Shown: piece by piece, positions 10,807-21,402 of the stretch
Position numbering within the stretch: the first letter of the stretch is position 1
Layout: each line of letters starts with the position of its first letter
Source of the DNA: Bacteroidales bacterium
Lineage (GTDB): Bacteria; Bacteroidota; Bacteroidia; Bacteroidales; VadinHA17
Reading direction: 5' to 3'
DNA: 64,000 nucleotides
Assembly: GCA_046484805.1 (NCBI GenBank)
Contig: JAWOIF010000185.1
Span: 42-64,041, forward strand
Translations under genes and position numbers: made by a program
Notes under the pieces: model-generated
The model's database searches: none
What the model saw: the letters and a program-made list of their open reading frames with translations, nothing else
What the model was told of the DNA's origin: nothing

Positions 10807-13149
10807 CTATTTGGCTATAAAGAAGAAAGTCCCGTTCTCATCAAATAAACCTGTAATTTTTCCAAAACGTGGTGTCTGTTGATTTACAGCAGCATGAGCA
10901 GCACTCACCTGGCGTACAACATCATCGATCGGAATGCAGCTATTGTTGGGATTATTTATCAGCACATTGAAGAAGGTCTGTGTGAACTGGGAATTGTCAC
11001 GTGCTATCTCATAGCCTGCCGACGAAAGTACCTGGCTGGACTTTCTGGCGATATCATTAAGATCTGCACAACTGCGCTGCCTGGCGACATCTCTCATCGC
11101 CGTATAGAAACTCGGACCCGATTCGCATGCATCGGTTATAACCAGAAGGTGCGTGAGTACGTTTACATAGGGCTCCATTGCAGCACGTAAACCGTTGATA
11201 TTATAGTATGTAAACTCTTCATCCCTCCTGGCATCCACCGGTATCCAGTAACCTACATCATTTATGTGCTTGCCATGACCTGCATACCATATCATCAGTG
11301 ATTTGACACTGTTTGCCCTTATCTGATCGCGCAGTTCTATAGAGAAGAATCTCTCCATCTCCTGCTTGGACATGTTCCGCTTATGTATTATATTGTGTAC
11401 CTGATAGTTGGCAAGGGCTCTTTGCATAAGTGTCACATCCTTGGCCGGACCTTCCAATGAGGCAAATGTTGTGTAGTCGGAGTTTTCAATGAATACAACC
11501 CATGTTTTGCCCATCGGATTTGTCTCGAGAATGGTCGCTCCTTCGCGGTTAAGGGGGAACTCACTCTCAGTCCGATTACCGTAAACGTCCTCTGCCATCA
11601 CGGTAATCCTGCTTTTATTCAAAACATTAACATTGCCGCCAAATTCAGGATTCAGCTGGTTGGGGTCAAAGTTTGCGATTGCACCGTCGATAAGAATTGT
11701 CTTTATCAGACTCTCATCAGAGATCTTTCCTACTATTCTCTGGGTCTGGTTGTTGTTGTCAAGATAAATAGTTCCATCATCAGAAGCATATGGCGCTACT
11801 ATGGCTATCTGTGGTGGAATAATCTCTGTCCTGCGCAGATCGAAATTCAGGGTTCTGATATTATCATAAACATCTGAAGCAGCTATTGTCAGGGAATTCT
11901 TACCTGCAACATCCACACTGGCAACAAATTCATACCCTCCGTCCCTCTCCGTCACCGGATAAAGCTCATCATTTATCTTGAGGAAACTGATCGGACTCCT
12001 GTCAATAATACGCCCCGAAATAAGCAGGGAACTATTGTCTCCCCTGACCTCAAGTATGTCCTCCTTAGGCTGAGGACTGACGATATTTATCTCCGGCGGA
12101 GATGTCTCACGGTTTATCTCAAACAATCTGTCATTTGCTTCCTTAAGTCTGCGACGCGCCCTCTCGTTGAATTCCGCCAGTTCGGTTATCTTATCGTAGT
12201 CAGCGGCTGCCCTTTCGAAATTCATTATCTCTTCGAACGACTCGGCCCTGGCAAAGTAAACATCCACATTGTCGGTTTTGAGGCTAATGTACTTTGAGAA
12301 ATCATTAATCGCATTTGAATGCTGGTTGAACTTCTGGTAGAACTGACCCCTTGTAAAATAGTGTTCAGGTTCATTGGGTTCCATCAAAATATTCTTCGAT
12401 ATGTCATTTATTGCATTCGGGAAATCCATGCTGGCAACATAGACTTTGCTCCTTGCAGTATAGGCAGCCGCATTTCTGTCGTTCCTGCCTATCATGGCAT
12501 TACACTGCCCCAGGGCTTCTCCCAGCTTATTCTCCCTTATCAGTATGTCTACCAGTTCCAGTCTTGGCGGGTCGAAATTCTTGTCCTTCCTGATGGCATT
12601 TTCATACTCGCGCCTGGCAAGAACATCATTATTGAGTTTAACATATACCCTTCCCCTGTCGTACATGTTCCTGACATCCTTACGTAGCAGCAATGCCGTA
12701 TCAGAAGCTCTCAGCGCCTGATCGAACCGGCCAAGGTTGAGCAGACTTTCAACCTTTTCAGGATAGACATCCTTGTTACGCTTTTCAATGGCAGTCACCC
12801 TGTTAAGATGTGACAGAGCCTCCTCATATCTGCCCAACAGGTTACATATCCTGCCCGCCTGATATAGTACACTAACATTGTTAGGTTCCAGAACCAGAGC
12901 TTTCTCAATATCTTTGTAGGCCTCATCGTACTTGCGAGTCCTCTCGAGTGCTTCGGCTCTTGCCAGATAACCGTCAGGATTGTTAGGGTCTAAATCAATG
13001 ACTCTCGTAAATTGCTCGATTGCAGCCTCATACTTCATCCCTTCCATGAACCTCTGCCCGGCTTTAATCATCTGTTTCGAATTCTGTCCGAAGCTTGTGA
13101 TGGCAATGCCTGCCATCAGCAGTAAAACAATTACTCCTCTTTTTTTCAT
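10807..13149 (-). CDS. exported TPR-repeat protein with Ig-like middle region and C-terminal caspase (peptidase C14) domain
   Basis: The signal peptide MKKRGVIVLLLMAGIAITSFGQ supports the start at 13149; the track ORF starts at 13194. It has about 8-9 TPR units. The C-terminal caspase-like fold has a His/Cys dyad in the motifs WYAGHG and ITDACESG. The gene ends 6 nt before the PP2C sensor gene. Confidence 0.8.
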   Translation of the reverse strand: MKKRGVIVLLLMAGIAITSFGQNSKQMIKAGQRFMEGMKYEAAIEQFTRVIDLDPNNPDGYLARAEALERTRKYDEAYKDIEKALVLEPNNVSVLYQAGRICNLLGRYEEALSHLNRVTAIEKRNKDVYPEKVESLLNLGRFDQALRASDTALLLRKDVRNMYDRGRVYVKLNNDVLARREYENAIRKDKNFDPPRLELVDILIRENKLGEALGQCNAMIGRNDRNAAAYTARSKVYVASMDFPNAINDISKNILMEPNEPEHYFTRGQFYQKFNQHSNAINDFSKYISLKTDNVDVYFARAESFEEIMNFERAAADYDKITELAEFNERARRRLKEANDRLFEINRETSPPEINIVSPQPKEDILEVRGDNSSLLISGRIIDRSPISFLKINDELYPVTERDGGYEFVASVDVAGKNSLTIAASDVYDNIRTLNFDLRRTEIIPPQIAIVAPYASDDGTIYLDNNNQTQRIVGKISDESLIKTILIDGAIANFDPNQLNPEFGGNVNVLNKSRITVMAEDVYGNRTESEFPLNREGATILETNPMGKTWVVFIENSDYTTFASLEGPAKDVTLMQRALANYQVHNIIHKRNMSKQEMERFFSIELRDQIRANSVKSLMIWYAGHGKHINDVGYWIPVDARRDEEFTYYNINGLRAAMEPYVNVLTHLLVITDACESGPSFYTAMRDVARQRSCADLNDIARKSSQVLSSAGYEIARDNSQFTQTFFNVLINNPNNSCIPIDDVVRQVSAAHAAVNQQTPRFGKITGLFDENGTFFFIAK

Positions 13150-13218
13150 GATTCCGCTACTTAAGATTACCCAGATAATGATCAAAAATAACAAAAAAAT
13201 AGTTTAATCAATACGCTG

Positions 13219-14280
13219 TCAGCGAATATCTTCATTATGTATCGTCTCCAGCAGACTACCTTTGAAGTGTGTAATAGATTCCTTTCTGCCCGAAATAGCT
13301 GGTGCGGGCAGTCCTTCGCCCCAACTGGCGAAACCTCTGAATATCCTTGCCTCGTCCCACTTTCCTGATCCGATAAACATATCAAGAACCTTTCTGCCTC
13401 CTTCAATAAAGACAGACTGATACCCAAGGTTATATAGCGTTTCAAGAACTTCATCTGCCGTATCCTTCTGTCTCCCGCTTATCGTGAAAACCCTGGTTCC
13501 CGGAAAACTGAGGTCTGTACCTGTGGTAAACAATAAAACACCGGAATCACCCTGAAACACACGGCTCGTACTGTCAAGTCTCCCCGACCGCGAGATTATC
13601 ACCTTCACCGGGTCAGGTCCCGCCCAGTACCGCACATTCAGAGCCGGATTATCGGTCCTGACCGTCCCCCCTCCGGCAACAATAACCTGCTCCGTTGCCC
13701 TCCACCGATGTACCAGCACCCTCTCGGTCATGCCGGTTATCCAATAAGGTTCTACGGGGGAACCAGGAGGCCTGTTTATATCAATAAAACCGTCGGCGCT
13801 CATAGCCCATTTTAAGATCACGTAAGGACGTTTCTTTTCATGGAAGGTGAAAAACCTTCGGTTTATGCTCCTTGATTCCTCTTCACAGACACCTGTAATT
13901 ACCTCACAACCAGCATCACGCAACATCTCTGCACCACGGCCCGCCACAATGTCGCTGGTATCCCCGGTTCCTATTACAACCCTTGGAATACCCTCGGCGA
14001 TAATTCTTTCAGCACATGGAGGAGTACGGCCATAGTGCGAACATGGCTCAAGGTTGACGTATAGCGTCGATTTGCCGAGCAGCGATCTGTCGGTCACCGA
14101 TTCAATGGCATTTACCTCGGCATGAGCGTCACCGGCCTTCAAATGAAATCCTTCACCTATTATACGGCCTTCATTAACGATTACAGAGCCGACGACAGGA
14201 TTGGGGTAGGTGCGGCCAAGAGCCTTCCCTGCCAGCTCAAGGCATCGGCGCATATAGAGATTGTCGGCCTCGTTTCTCAT
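13219..14280 (-). CDS. ribD: bifunctional riboflavin biosynthesis deaminase/reductase
   Basis: 353 aa. Cytidine-deaminase zinc motifs HAEVNAI and PCSHYGRTPPC are followed by a RibD C-terminal reductase domain. Confidence 0.95.
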   Translation of the reverse strand: MRNEADNLYMRRCLELAGKALGRTYPNPVVGSVIVNEGRIIGEGFHLKAGDAHAEVNAIESVTDRSLLGKSTLYVNLEPCSHYGRTPPCAERIIAEGIPRVVIGTGDTSDIVAGRGAEMLRDAGCEVITGVCEEESRSINRRFFTFHEKKRPYVILKWAMSADGFIDINRPPGSPVEPYWITGMTERVLVHRWRATEQVIVAGGGTVRTDNPALNVRYWAGPDPVKVIISRSGRLDSTSRVFQGDSGVLLFTTGTDLSFPGTRVFTISGRQKDTADEVLETLYNLGYQSVFIEGGRKVLDMFIGSGKWDEARIFRGFASWGEGLPAPAISGRKESITHFKGSLLETIHNEDIR

Positions 14281-14307
14281 TTCCGCCAGAAAGGTTAACT
14301 TTGAATT

Positions 14308-15180
14308 ATGGGCGTTAAGTTACAAACAATAGCCGATTTCAGGCGATATCTTGCTGCTGAACTTTCAGAGATATACGCAACGGGCGAATCAACTGCCATA
14401 GCCTCTTTTCTTCTGGAATCTGTAACCGGATTGCCACTGCTGGAACAAATGAAAAACGGAGGGAGAAAGATATCTGCCGATGAAGCAGCCAGGATTGAGG
14501 GGGGCCTTAGCGACCTTAAACAACATAAACCCGTTCAGCATATCGCCGGTTACGGGTGGTTCATGAACCGACGCTTCATGGTGAATAACAGCGTGCTGAT
14601 CCCACGGCAGGAGACAGAAGAGCTGGTAATAATGACTATAAAACAGGCGGGAGAGAGATTCGATGGTACTCTCATAGACTTTTGCACCGGCAGCGGCTGT
14701 ATCTCAATCACTCTTGCCCTGATGCTTCCCGGTGCTGATATATGGGCCACGGATCTTCCCGATGAAACTCTGGATACTGCTGCGCGCAACATAAGAACCC
14801 ATAATGCCAGGGTTAACCTGTTAAAACACAATCTATTGGAACAGGACTTCTCAGGCCTCCCCCCGGCAGATATCATCGTGGCAAACCCACCCTATGTGCG
14901 CGAATCAGAAAAAGAGACCATAAAGCCGGTTGTCCTTCTCAATGAGCCGCACGGTGCACTCTTCGTCCCCGATAGCGACCCGTTGCAGTTCTACCGCGCC
15001 CTCAGCAGGGCACTTGAAGCTCTTCTGAAACCGGGGGGCTGGTTCTGCTTCGAAATAAATGAAGCTCTGGCAGAAGAGACATTGGAAACCTTCGGCAACT
15101 CGCAACTTACAAACTTTACCATCGTCAATGACATCAACTCGAAAAACAGGTTTATCTGCGGAACCAGAGACTCCCTCTGA
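14308..15180 (+). CDS. prmC: release-factor glutamine N5-methyltransferase
   Basis: 290 aa with a SAM-binding motif (DFCTGSGCI) and the NPPY catalytic motif (VANPPYV). Confidence 0.9.
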   Translation: MGVKLQTIADFRRYLAAELSEIYATGESTAIASFLLESVTGLPLLEQMKNGGRKISADEAARIEGGLSDLKQHKPVQHIAGYGWFMNRRFMVNNSVLIPRQETEELVIMTIKQAGERFDGTLIDFCTGSGCISITLALMLPGADIWATDLPDETLDTAARNIRTHNARVNLLKHNLLEQDFSGLPPADIIVANPPYVRESEKETIKPVVLLNEPHGALFVPDSDPLQFYRALSRALEALLKPGGWFCFEINEALAEETLETFGNSQLTNFTIVNDINSKNRFICGTRDSL

Positions 15181-15640
15181 GAGGGAACGGTTCAGGTCAG
15201 CACTGGCAAGGGCACAACAACTGTGCGCATCACGGGAGTGCTGCATACACGATATCAGAACGAAACTTAAAAGCTGGAACCTGGTTACGGAGAGCGATGA
15301 GGAAGAGATCATATCCTCGCTTCAGAAAGATAAATTCATCGACGAAACCCGCTATGCATCTGCCTTTGCAAGGGATAAACTCCGCTACAATAAATGGGGC
15401 AGGATAAAAATTGCATATAACCTCAAGATGAAGTCGATTCCTTATGAAACCATTACAGAAGCTCTTCAACAGCTCGATGAGGAGGAATACCGGGAAACGG
15501 CTGAGAAGATAGTACTGGCACTAATCAGGACAAAGAAAGGGAACAGTAAAACAGCCGTTATGGCCAAATTAGTCAGTTCAATGCAGTCGAAAGGATTCGA
15601 ATTCGCTTTGTCGCTCGAACTTATCAAAAAGCATCTCTAG
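15128..15640 (+). CDS. recX: recombination regulator RecX (start uncertain)
   Basis: RecX-like helical repeats are present (CCIHDIRTKL, FARDKLRYNKWGRIKI, SMQSKGFEF). The track ORF begins at 15059, inside prmC. I chose the second in-frame ATG, but a later non-ATG start after the prmC stop is possible. Confidence 0.7.
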   Translation: MTSTRKTGLSAEPETPSERERFRSALARAQQLCASRECCIHDIRTKLKSWNLVTESDEEEIISSLQKDKFIDETRYASAFARDKLRYNKWGRIKIAYNLKMKSIPYETITEALQQLDEEEYRETAEKIVLALIRTKKGNSKTAVMAKLVSSMQSKGFEFALSLELIKKHL

Positions 15641-15996
15641 GCTGTCAATCCGGCAGAGATAACCAGGAACCGGAGCATCGGCCAGAATGCCAGGATGAAC
15701 ATTAATGAGGTTACTACCGTATCTGCAACAACAAGGTTATTCCTTATTGCACGGTCAGGAATCTTAAGATACCATAATGAAAGGCCAACCCTCATTACCA
15801 GTTGAAGGGCAAAGAAAAGAAACATCCTCAAAGAGTAGAGGTTCCAATCAAGAGCCTCGGCCAGCCGGCCCCGAACGATGAGAGAGAAGGCGTGCGATAA
15901 TCCGCATGACGGACAGGGCTCGCCAATAATGGCCTCATGAACGCATATAATCGGATAATTATCCCTGTCGGGAGAAAAAATGCCGGAGTACCCCAT
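15637..15996 (-). CDS. DUF2752-family membrane protein
   Basis: 119 aa with a CPSCGLSHAF motif followed by hydrophobic helices, as in DUF2752. Confidence 0.7.
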   Translation of the reverse strand: MGYSGIFSPDRDNYPIICVHEAIIGEPCPSCGLSHAFSLIVRGRLAEALDWNLYSLRMFLFFALQLVMRVGLSLWYLKIPDRAIRNNLVVADTVVTSLMFILAFWPMLRFLVISAGLTA

Positions 15997-16065
15997 TATA
16001 ATGAGGATAACTCCGGCAAAAGCAACATTTATAAAAATATAGGGTCTGATAATAACTTCTTTTAT

Positions 16066-16551
16066 TTACTTCTTCACGGCAGTGTCGGGTTTGGTTAACC
16101 CCTCCAGCTTCTCAAGCTTGTTGATTCTCTCTTCGAGTTTTTCCGCATCAATAGTTGATTTGATCTCAACAACCTCACCTCCACTCTCAACCCTGATAGA
16201 GAAGTTCCCACTTTCAATCTCGTCGAGGATACCTGACCTGACCTCCTCGACAGCCTTTCTTATTTCACTGCCAACAAAACTTTTGTTACGCACTCCGGTA
16301 CTGAAAATTGCCCATTGTGAAATAGAGATCAGTGTGGCGACAACACCGATAATTAGTCCCGCAATCACAAGACCCCTGCCTTCGGTGGCAGACCTGGTAA
16401 GGCCAAAGATTGCCAGAATGATGGTCACTATACCGGGGATTATTGCAAGAATTCCAATACATGGTATCACCGCCATAATGAATGTAATTATCCCTGTAAC
16501 CAGGGCCGCAATACCAAAGTTCTGAGCCGATCTGTTTGAATTCTGTTCCAT
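16066..16551 (-). CDS. DUF4190-like integral membrane protein with C-terminal soluble acidic domain
   Basis: 161 aa. The N-terminal half consists of Gly/Ile-rich TM helices (IAALVTGIITFIMAVIPCIGILAIIPGIV). The C-terminal part is a charged coiled region. Confidence 0.6.
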   Translation of the reverse strand: MEQNSNRSAQNFGIAALVTGIITFIMAVIPCIGILAIIPGIVTIILAIFGLTRSATEGRGLVIAGLIIGVVATLISISQWAIFSTGVRNKSFVGSEIRKAVEEVRSGILDEIESGNFSIRVESGGEVVEIKSTIDAEKLEERINKLEKLEGLTKPDTAVKK

Positions 16552-16572
16552 GGTGTTTTATATTTTTTCTGT

Positions 16573-17166
16573 TTATCTGTTGAGGATCTCAAGTAAGTCC
16601 CCTTCTAAAGACGTAACAGGATACTCAATGATGCGTCCTGTTTCAATATTATTTCTGTAAACTATAAAAGTGGGCACTCTTTTTATATTAAGTTCCTCGT
16701 AATTACCGATAGGAGCTATCTTATTCATGTCAACTCCAAGATAGGTCACCTTAATACGCTGCAGCCCGCATTCATCGATTATTTTGTGAAACCTCGGCAC
16801 CTCCCTGTGACTGTCGGGGCACCATGAACCAAGAACTATAAGCACTGATACGTCACTTACATTGGTTGCGGTGATTTTATGAACAAGCCCTTCGTCTGGT
16901 ATGTATTTCTCATATTCCGGATTGTACCATTCATCGTGAGGCGGAGTATTCATCATGTCGTGCCGGAAATATCCGATAAGCCATGTTTCAGGTCTCTGGA
17001 AATTGACCCGGGGCCGTTCCGGTGATGGTGTGGCAACTATCTCTTCCACCGGCTTTGTTTCGGGTTCCGTTACGACCGCAGTTTTTGATCCACCTGCAAC
17101 AGAACAACCTGCCAATACAACAGACAAAATAAGTCCCAGGTAATATTTTTTCATATTGTCTGACAT
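16573..17166 (-). CDS. thioredoxin-fold (TlpA-like) lipoprotein
   Basis: 197 aa with a lipobox (VLAGCS) and a thioredoxin-like fold carrying a WCPDS (CxxS) motif. Confidence 0.72.
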   Translation of the reverse strand: MSDNMKKYYLGLILSVVLAGCSVAGGSKTAVVTEPETKPVEEIVATPSPERPRVNFQRPETWLIGYFRHDMMNTPPHDEWYNPEYEKYIPDEGLVHKITATNVSDVSVLIVLGSWCPDSHREVPRFHKIIDECGLQRIKVTYLGVDMNKIAPIGNYEELNIKRVPTFIVYRNNIETGRIIEYPVTSLEGDLLEILNR

Positions 17167-17226
17167 TTATGTATGCACAAAATTAAGGTAATATTTGGAA
17201 AAATAGTCATCAGACTGAAATGTCAA

Positions 17227-17253
17227 AGGCAGCGAAAACCCGTTCCGCTGCCT
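17227..17253 (-). terminator. possible terminator hairpin after mutB
   Basis: An 8-bp inverted repeat, aggcagcg/cgctgcct, has an 11-nt loop. The following T-run on the minus strand is weak. Confidence 0.35.
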
Positions 17254-17276
17254 CAGATCAATAAAATAACGCTGAA

Positions 17277-19430
17277 CTATTCAGTGGCGGCTATCAGAAT
17301 CTCAAGGATCTGTTTAGCTGCTTTTGCTACTGAAGTACCGGGGCCGAATATTGCTGCCACACCCGAATCATACAGGAACTGGTAATCCTGGGCAGGTATT
17401 ACCCCGCCGGCGATCACCAGGATATCTTCCCTACCCTGCTTCTTCAACTCTGCTATTACCTGTGGCACAAGGGTCTTATGGCCTGCTGCGAGACTCGAGA
17501 CACCCAGTATATGTACATCATTCTCAACTGCCTGCCTTGCTGCCTCCGCAGGGGTCTGGAATAACGGACCGATATCGACATCAAAACCTATATCGGCATA
17601 TCCTGTCGATACCACCTTTGCTCCCCTGTCGTGACCATCCTGGCCCATCTTGGCTATCATTATCCTGGGCTGTCTGCCCTCTCTGGCTGCAAATTCTGCT
17701 GCCAGCTTTCTGGCCGCCTCATAGTCGGCGTCGGATCTGTACTCCGAAGAGTAGACTCCTGATATTGTCCTTATCACTGCTTTATATCTCCCCACTTCTT
17801 TTTCACATGCATAAGATATCTCTCCGAGGGTCGCTCTTCTTGCAGCCGCTTCTACGGCCAGCTCAAGCAGGTTGCCCTCTCTGGTTTTAACACATTCTGT
17901 AAGCGCATTGAGGGCGGCCTGACAGGCTGACTCGTCACGTGAAGCCCTGAGGGTTGCAAGCCGCTTAACCTGTATATCTCTGACCTCTGTATTGTTTACC
18001 TCAAGTATTTCGAGCGGATCCTCCTTTTCAAGCCTGTACCTGTTGGTTCCGACAATAGTCTGAACACCAGAATCGATCTTGGCCTGAGCCCTGGCTGCTG
18101 CCTCTTCGATCCTCATTTTTGGTATGCCTGATTCGATTGCCCTGGCCATCCCGCCAAGGCTCTCGATCTCCTGAATATGCTCCCATGCCTTGCTGGCTAT
18201 CTCGCGGGTAAGCGATTCCACATAGTAGGAGCCACCCCAGGGATCGATCTGTTTGCATATCTGTGTCTCTTCCTGCAGGTATATCTGGGTGTTGCGGGCT
18301 ATACGGGCCGAGAAATCGGTAGGCAATGCGATGGCCTCATCAAGAGCATTGGTGTGAAGACTCTGAGTATGACCCAGCGCGGCCGCCATGGCCTCTATGC
18401 AGGTACGGCCAACGTTGTTGTAGGGATCCTGCTCGGTAAGACTCCAGCCCGAAGTCTGAGAGTGTGTCCTCAGTGCCAGTGATTTGGGATTTTTAGGATT
18501 GAACTGTTTTACTATTTTGGCCCAGAGCATTCTGGCAGCCCTCATCTTGGCAATCTCCATGAAATGATTCATGCCGATTGCCCAGAAAAACGACAGACGG
18601 GGTGCAAATAAGTCAATATCCAGTCCGGAATTAACACCTGTACGAAGATACTCGAGACCGTCAGCCAGGGTGTAGCCCAGCTCCAGGTCACAGGTGGCTC
18701 CGGCTTCCTGCATATGATAACCCGAAATACTTATCGAGTTGAACCTGGGCATATGCTTCGAGGTATATTTGAAAATATCGGCAATGATACGCATCGAAAA
18801 TGCCGGCGGATAAATATATGTGTTGCGCACCATAAACTCCTTGAGAATATCATTCTGAATTGTTCCTGAAAGCTCCTCAAGCTTTGCTCCCTGCTCAAGG
18901 GCAGCCACTACATAAAATGCCATGATTGGCAGTACCGCCCCGTTCATGGTCATCGACACCGACATCTTGTCGAGGGGTATGTTGTCAAAAAGAACCTTCA
19001 TCCCCTCTACCGATGAGACAGCAACTCCGGCTTTACCGACATCACCCTCAACCCGTTCATGATCTGAATCGTAGCCACGGTGTGTGGCAAGGTCAAATGC
19101 CACTGACAATCCCTTCTGACCGGCAGCCAGATTCCTCCTGTAGAAGGCATTTGACTCCTCGGCAGTGGAAAATCCTGCATACTGCCTGATCGTCCACGGC
19201 CTTGTTACATACATGCCCGGGTATGGACCACGCAGAAAAGGAACTATCCCCGATATAAAGCCGAGATGATCCATATCCTTAAGATCATCGGCGGTATAGA
19301 CACTCTTTACCGGTATTTTCTCAGCCGTAAGCCATTCTCTGCCACTCAGTTGTTCCTGCTTCCATTTATCATGACCGGCCGGTTCCGGGGCAAAGTCTTT
19401 GAAGTCCTCATATTTATATTCAGGTCTCAT
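17277..19430 (-). CDS. mutB: methylmalonyl-CoA mutase, large (alpha, B12-binding) subunit
   Basis: 717 aa. A TIM-barrel substrate domain is followed by a C-terminal cobalamin-binding domain with DxHxxG ([10 protein letters not shown]). Confidence 0.95.
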   Translation of the reverse strand: MRPEYKYEDFKDFAPEPAGHDKWKQEQLSGREWLTAEKIPVKSVYTADDLKDMDHLGFISGIVPFLRGPYPGMYVTRPWTIRQYAGFSTAEESNAFYRRNLAAGQKGLSVAFDLATHRGYDSDHERVEGDVGKAGVAVSSVEGMKVLFDNIPLDKMSVSMTMNGAVLPIMAFYVVAALEQGAKLEELSGTIQNDILKEFMVRNTYIYPPAFSMRIIADIFKYTSKHMPRFNSISISGYHMQEAGATCDLELGYTLADGLEYLRTGVNSGLDIDLFAPRLSFFWAIGMNHFMEIAKMRAARMLWAKIVKQFNPKNPKSLALRTHSQTSGWSLTEQDPYNNVGRTCIEAMAAALGHTQSLHTNALDEAIALPTDFSARIARNTQIYLQEETQICKQIDPWGGSYYVESLTREIASKAWEHIQEIESLGGMARAIESGIPKMRIEEAAARAQAKIDSGVQTIVGTNRYRLEKEDPLEILEVNNTEVRDIQVKRLATLRASRDESACQAALNALTECVKTREGNLLELAVEAAARRATLGEISYACEKEVGRYKAVIRTISGVYSSEYRSDADYEAARKLAAEFAAREGRQPRIMIAKMGQDGHDRGAKVVSTGYADIGFDVDIGPLFQTPAEAARQAVENDVHILGVSSLAAGHKTLVPQVIAELKKQGREDILVIAGGVIPAQDYQFLYDSGVAAIFGPGTSVAKAAKQILEILIAATE

Positions 19431-19447
19431 ACAATATCCTTTCCGGT

Positions 19448-21316
19448 TTAAATCTCAATACCAAGTAATCTGTGAAACTCACTGAGGGTATCCAGCAGGT
19501 TCGACCTGATACTTATGAAGTGCTCAATTCCCTTCTTCTTCAGGTCTTCCATACAGTCAGGAGCCCCGGCTACCACAAATAGTGCTTTCCCTCCAATAAT
19601 TTCAAATGCTGCCGGAGCCATTTCGGCATACTCCTCATCGGAACTGCAGATAGCCACTATGGAAGCTTTGCTTTCAAGGGCGGCCCTGGCTCCCTCCTCT
19701 ATACTTTTAAATGCTCCCTTATCAATTATTTTGTACCCCCCGCAGGCAAAGAAATTCGACGTGAACTGGTTACGGGCCAAACGCATGGCCGGATTCCCGG
19801 CGGCAAGTATAAATACCGAGGGCTGTTCTTCTCTCTGTTCCGCAGCAAGCCTGAGTTTTTCGAACTCCTCGGCTCCGCGGAATAGCCTCAGAGGTTTAAC
19901 TTCAGATTGATCAGATATACCGGCCTTACTGAAAAGCCTCTCTTTGTCTGCCCTGACAGGTATCTTTTCGTTGTAGCTCGGATACTGGTTGGAGCCGAGC
20001 TGGACTTCCCTGCGCTTCGCAATGTCATCTCTTCTTTTAGAAGCGATAGTCTCAACCCTTTCCTGTATTATTCCTGCCTGAAGTGCCTTGAGGAATCCAC
20101 CCTTATCTTCAATTTCGAGGAAGAGTTTCCACGCCCCGTCGGCAATCATATGTGTCAGGTTCTCAATATACCATGAACCGGCGGCGGGATCTGCTACTTT
20201 ATCGAAATGAGCCTCTTCCCTGAGGAGTAGCTGCTGATTGCGTGCTATCCTTTCGGCAAACTCATCAGGTCTGGTGAAATGGCTGTTGAACGGGGCTACC
20301 ATCAGGGAGTCTGTACCGCCAAGAGCAGCTGACATTGCCTCAGTCTGGGTACGAAGCATATTGACATATGCATCGTAAACCGTTTTATTCCACTCACTTG
20401 TCACCGAAAGAATATTCATGCGACAGGCTGATTCATTGACATCTTCGTATCTCTTTACAATCAGTGCCCAGAGAAGGCGTGCAGCTCTTAGTTTGGCTAT
20501 CTCCATGAAATAGTTCGAACCTATAGCAAACGTAAAACCGGTTTTTGAAGCCGTGAGAGAGGCATCAACCCCTCGCTCAGTAAGCTGAGCCATATATTCA
20601 TTACCCAGTGAAAGAGCGAATGCCAGTTCTGTTACAGTATCGGCTCCTGCATTATTGAAATTGGCTGCATTTACCTGAACGACTCTTAATCCGGGTAGAG
20701 ACTTTGAATCCATCACCAGATCGGCCAGGTAGTCGAGCCCTTCATTAACCGGAACACATAGTTTGCCGTTGACCATAAGACGGCCTATAGGGTCGGCCTC
20801 CACCGAACCCCGTACGGCAGATAGGTCAGTGCCTCGCGACTGCATCAGGGAAACAAGGATCTGTACCAGCTCCCTTGCCTTTCCTTCTGAGTTGAAATTC
20901 AGCTCAATGCTCTCAGGATATATCCCTGCAAGCAGCGCCTCGAGGTTCCTTGCTGATATTGTATCTGCATCACTGATGATGAAGCCGAGAGAGTCGACGC
21001 CCTTCATCAGGATGTCAAGTGCCTTGCGGTTGGCAGTGCTGTAATCATTTACCTCAATATTCTGCCTTACAAACCAGGTATTGTTCTCCTGCTTTCCCCC
21101 CCTGACAAAGGGAAATTCTCCCGGCATGGTGTTCAAATGGTTCAGACCGTCAAGATTCTCCATACGGTAGAAGGGCATTATCTCAAAGCCTTCATTGGTC
21201 CTCCAGATCATCTTTTTGTTATAGTCTGCGCCTTTCAGATCCTTTGTAATCTTTTCTATCCACTCTTCGGTAGCCACCGCTTTGAACTCCTCAAACAGCT
21301 TCTGTTCCTCTTTCAT
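19448..21316 (-). CDS. mutA: methylmalonyl-CoA mutase, small (beta) subunit
   Basis: 622 aa, paralogous to the large subunit but lacking the DxHxxG histidine. It lies 17 nt upstream of mutB. Confidence 0.88.
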   Translation of the reverse strand: MKEEQKLFEEFKAVATEEWIEKITKDLKGADYNKKMIWRTNEGFEIMPFYRMENLDGLNHLNTMPGEFPFVRGGKQENNTWFVRQNIEVNDYSTANRKALDILMKGVDSLGFIISDADTISARNLEALLAGIYPESIELNFNSEGKARELVQILVSLMQSRGTDLSAVRGSVEADPIGRLMVNGKLCVPVNEGLDYLADLVMDSKSLPGLRVVQVNAANFNNAGADTVTELAFALSLGNEYMAQLTERGVDASLTASKTGFTFAIGSNYFMEIAKLRAARLLWALIVKRYEDVNESACRMNILSVTSEWNKTVYDAYVNMLRTQTEAMSAALGGTDSLMVAPFNSHFTRPDEFAERIARNQQLLLREEAHFDKVADPAAGSWYIENLTHMIADGAWKLFLEIEDKGGFLKALQAGIIQERVETIASKRRDDIAKRREVQLGSNQYPSYNEKIPVRADKERLFSKAGISDQSEVKPLRLFRGAEEFEKLRLAAEQREEQPSVFILAAGNPAMRLARNQFTSNFFACGGYKIIDKGAFKSIEEGARAALESKASIVAICSSDEEYAEMAPAAFEIIGGKALFVVAGAPDCMEDLKKKGIEHFISIRSNLLDTLSEFHRLLGIEI

Positions 21317-21402
21317 AAGTTTGTGATTGTTAACTGCAAATTAATATGATCAGGTACCAATTATCCAATGCTTTTTGTCATAAATGGCCATTGATGCCAA
21401 AA

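Noticed and set aside
14281-14307. Expected riboswitches: FMN upstream of ribD and cobalamin upstream of mutA (21317-21402).
   Set aside because: The upstream spacers are only 27 and 86 nt and contain none of the conserved riboswitch cores. There is simply no room for them.
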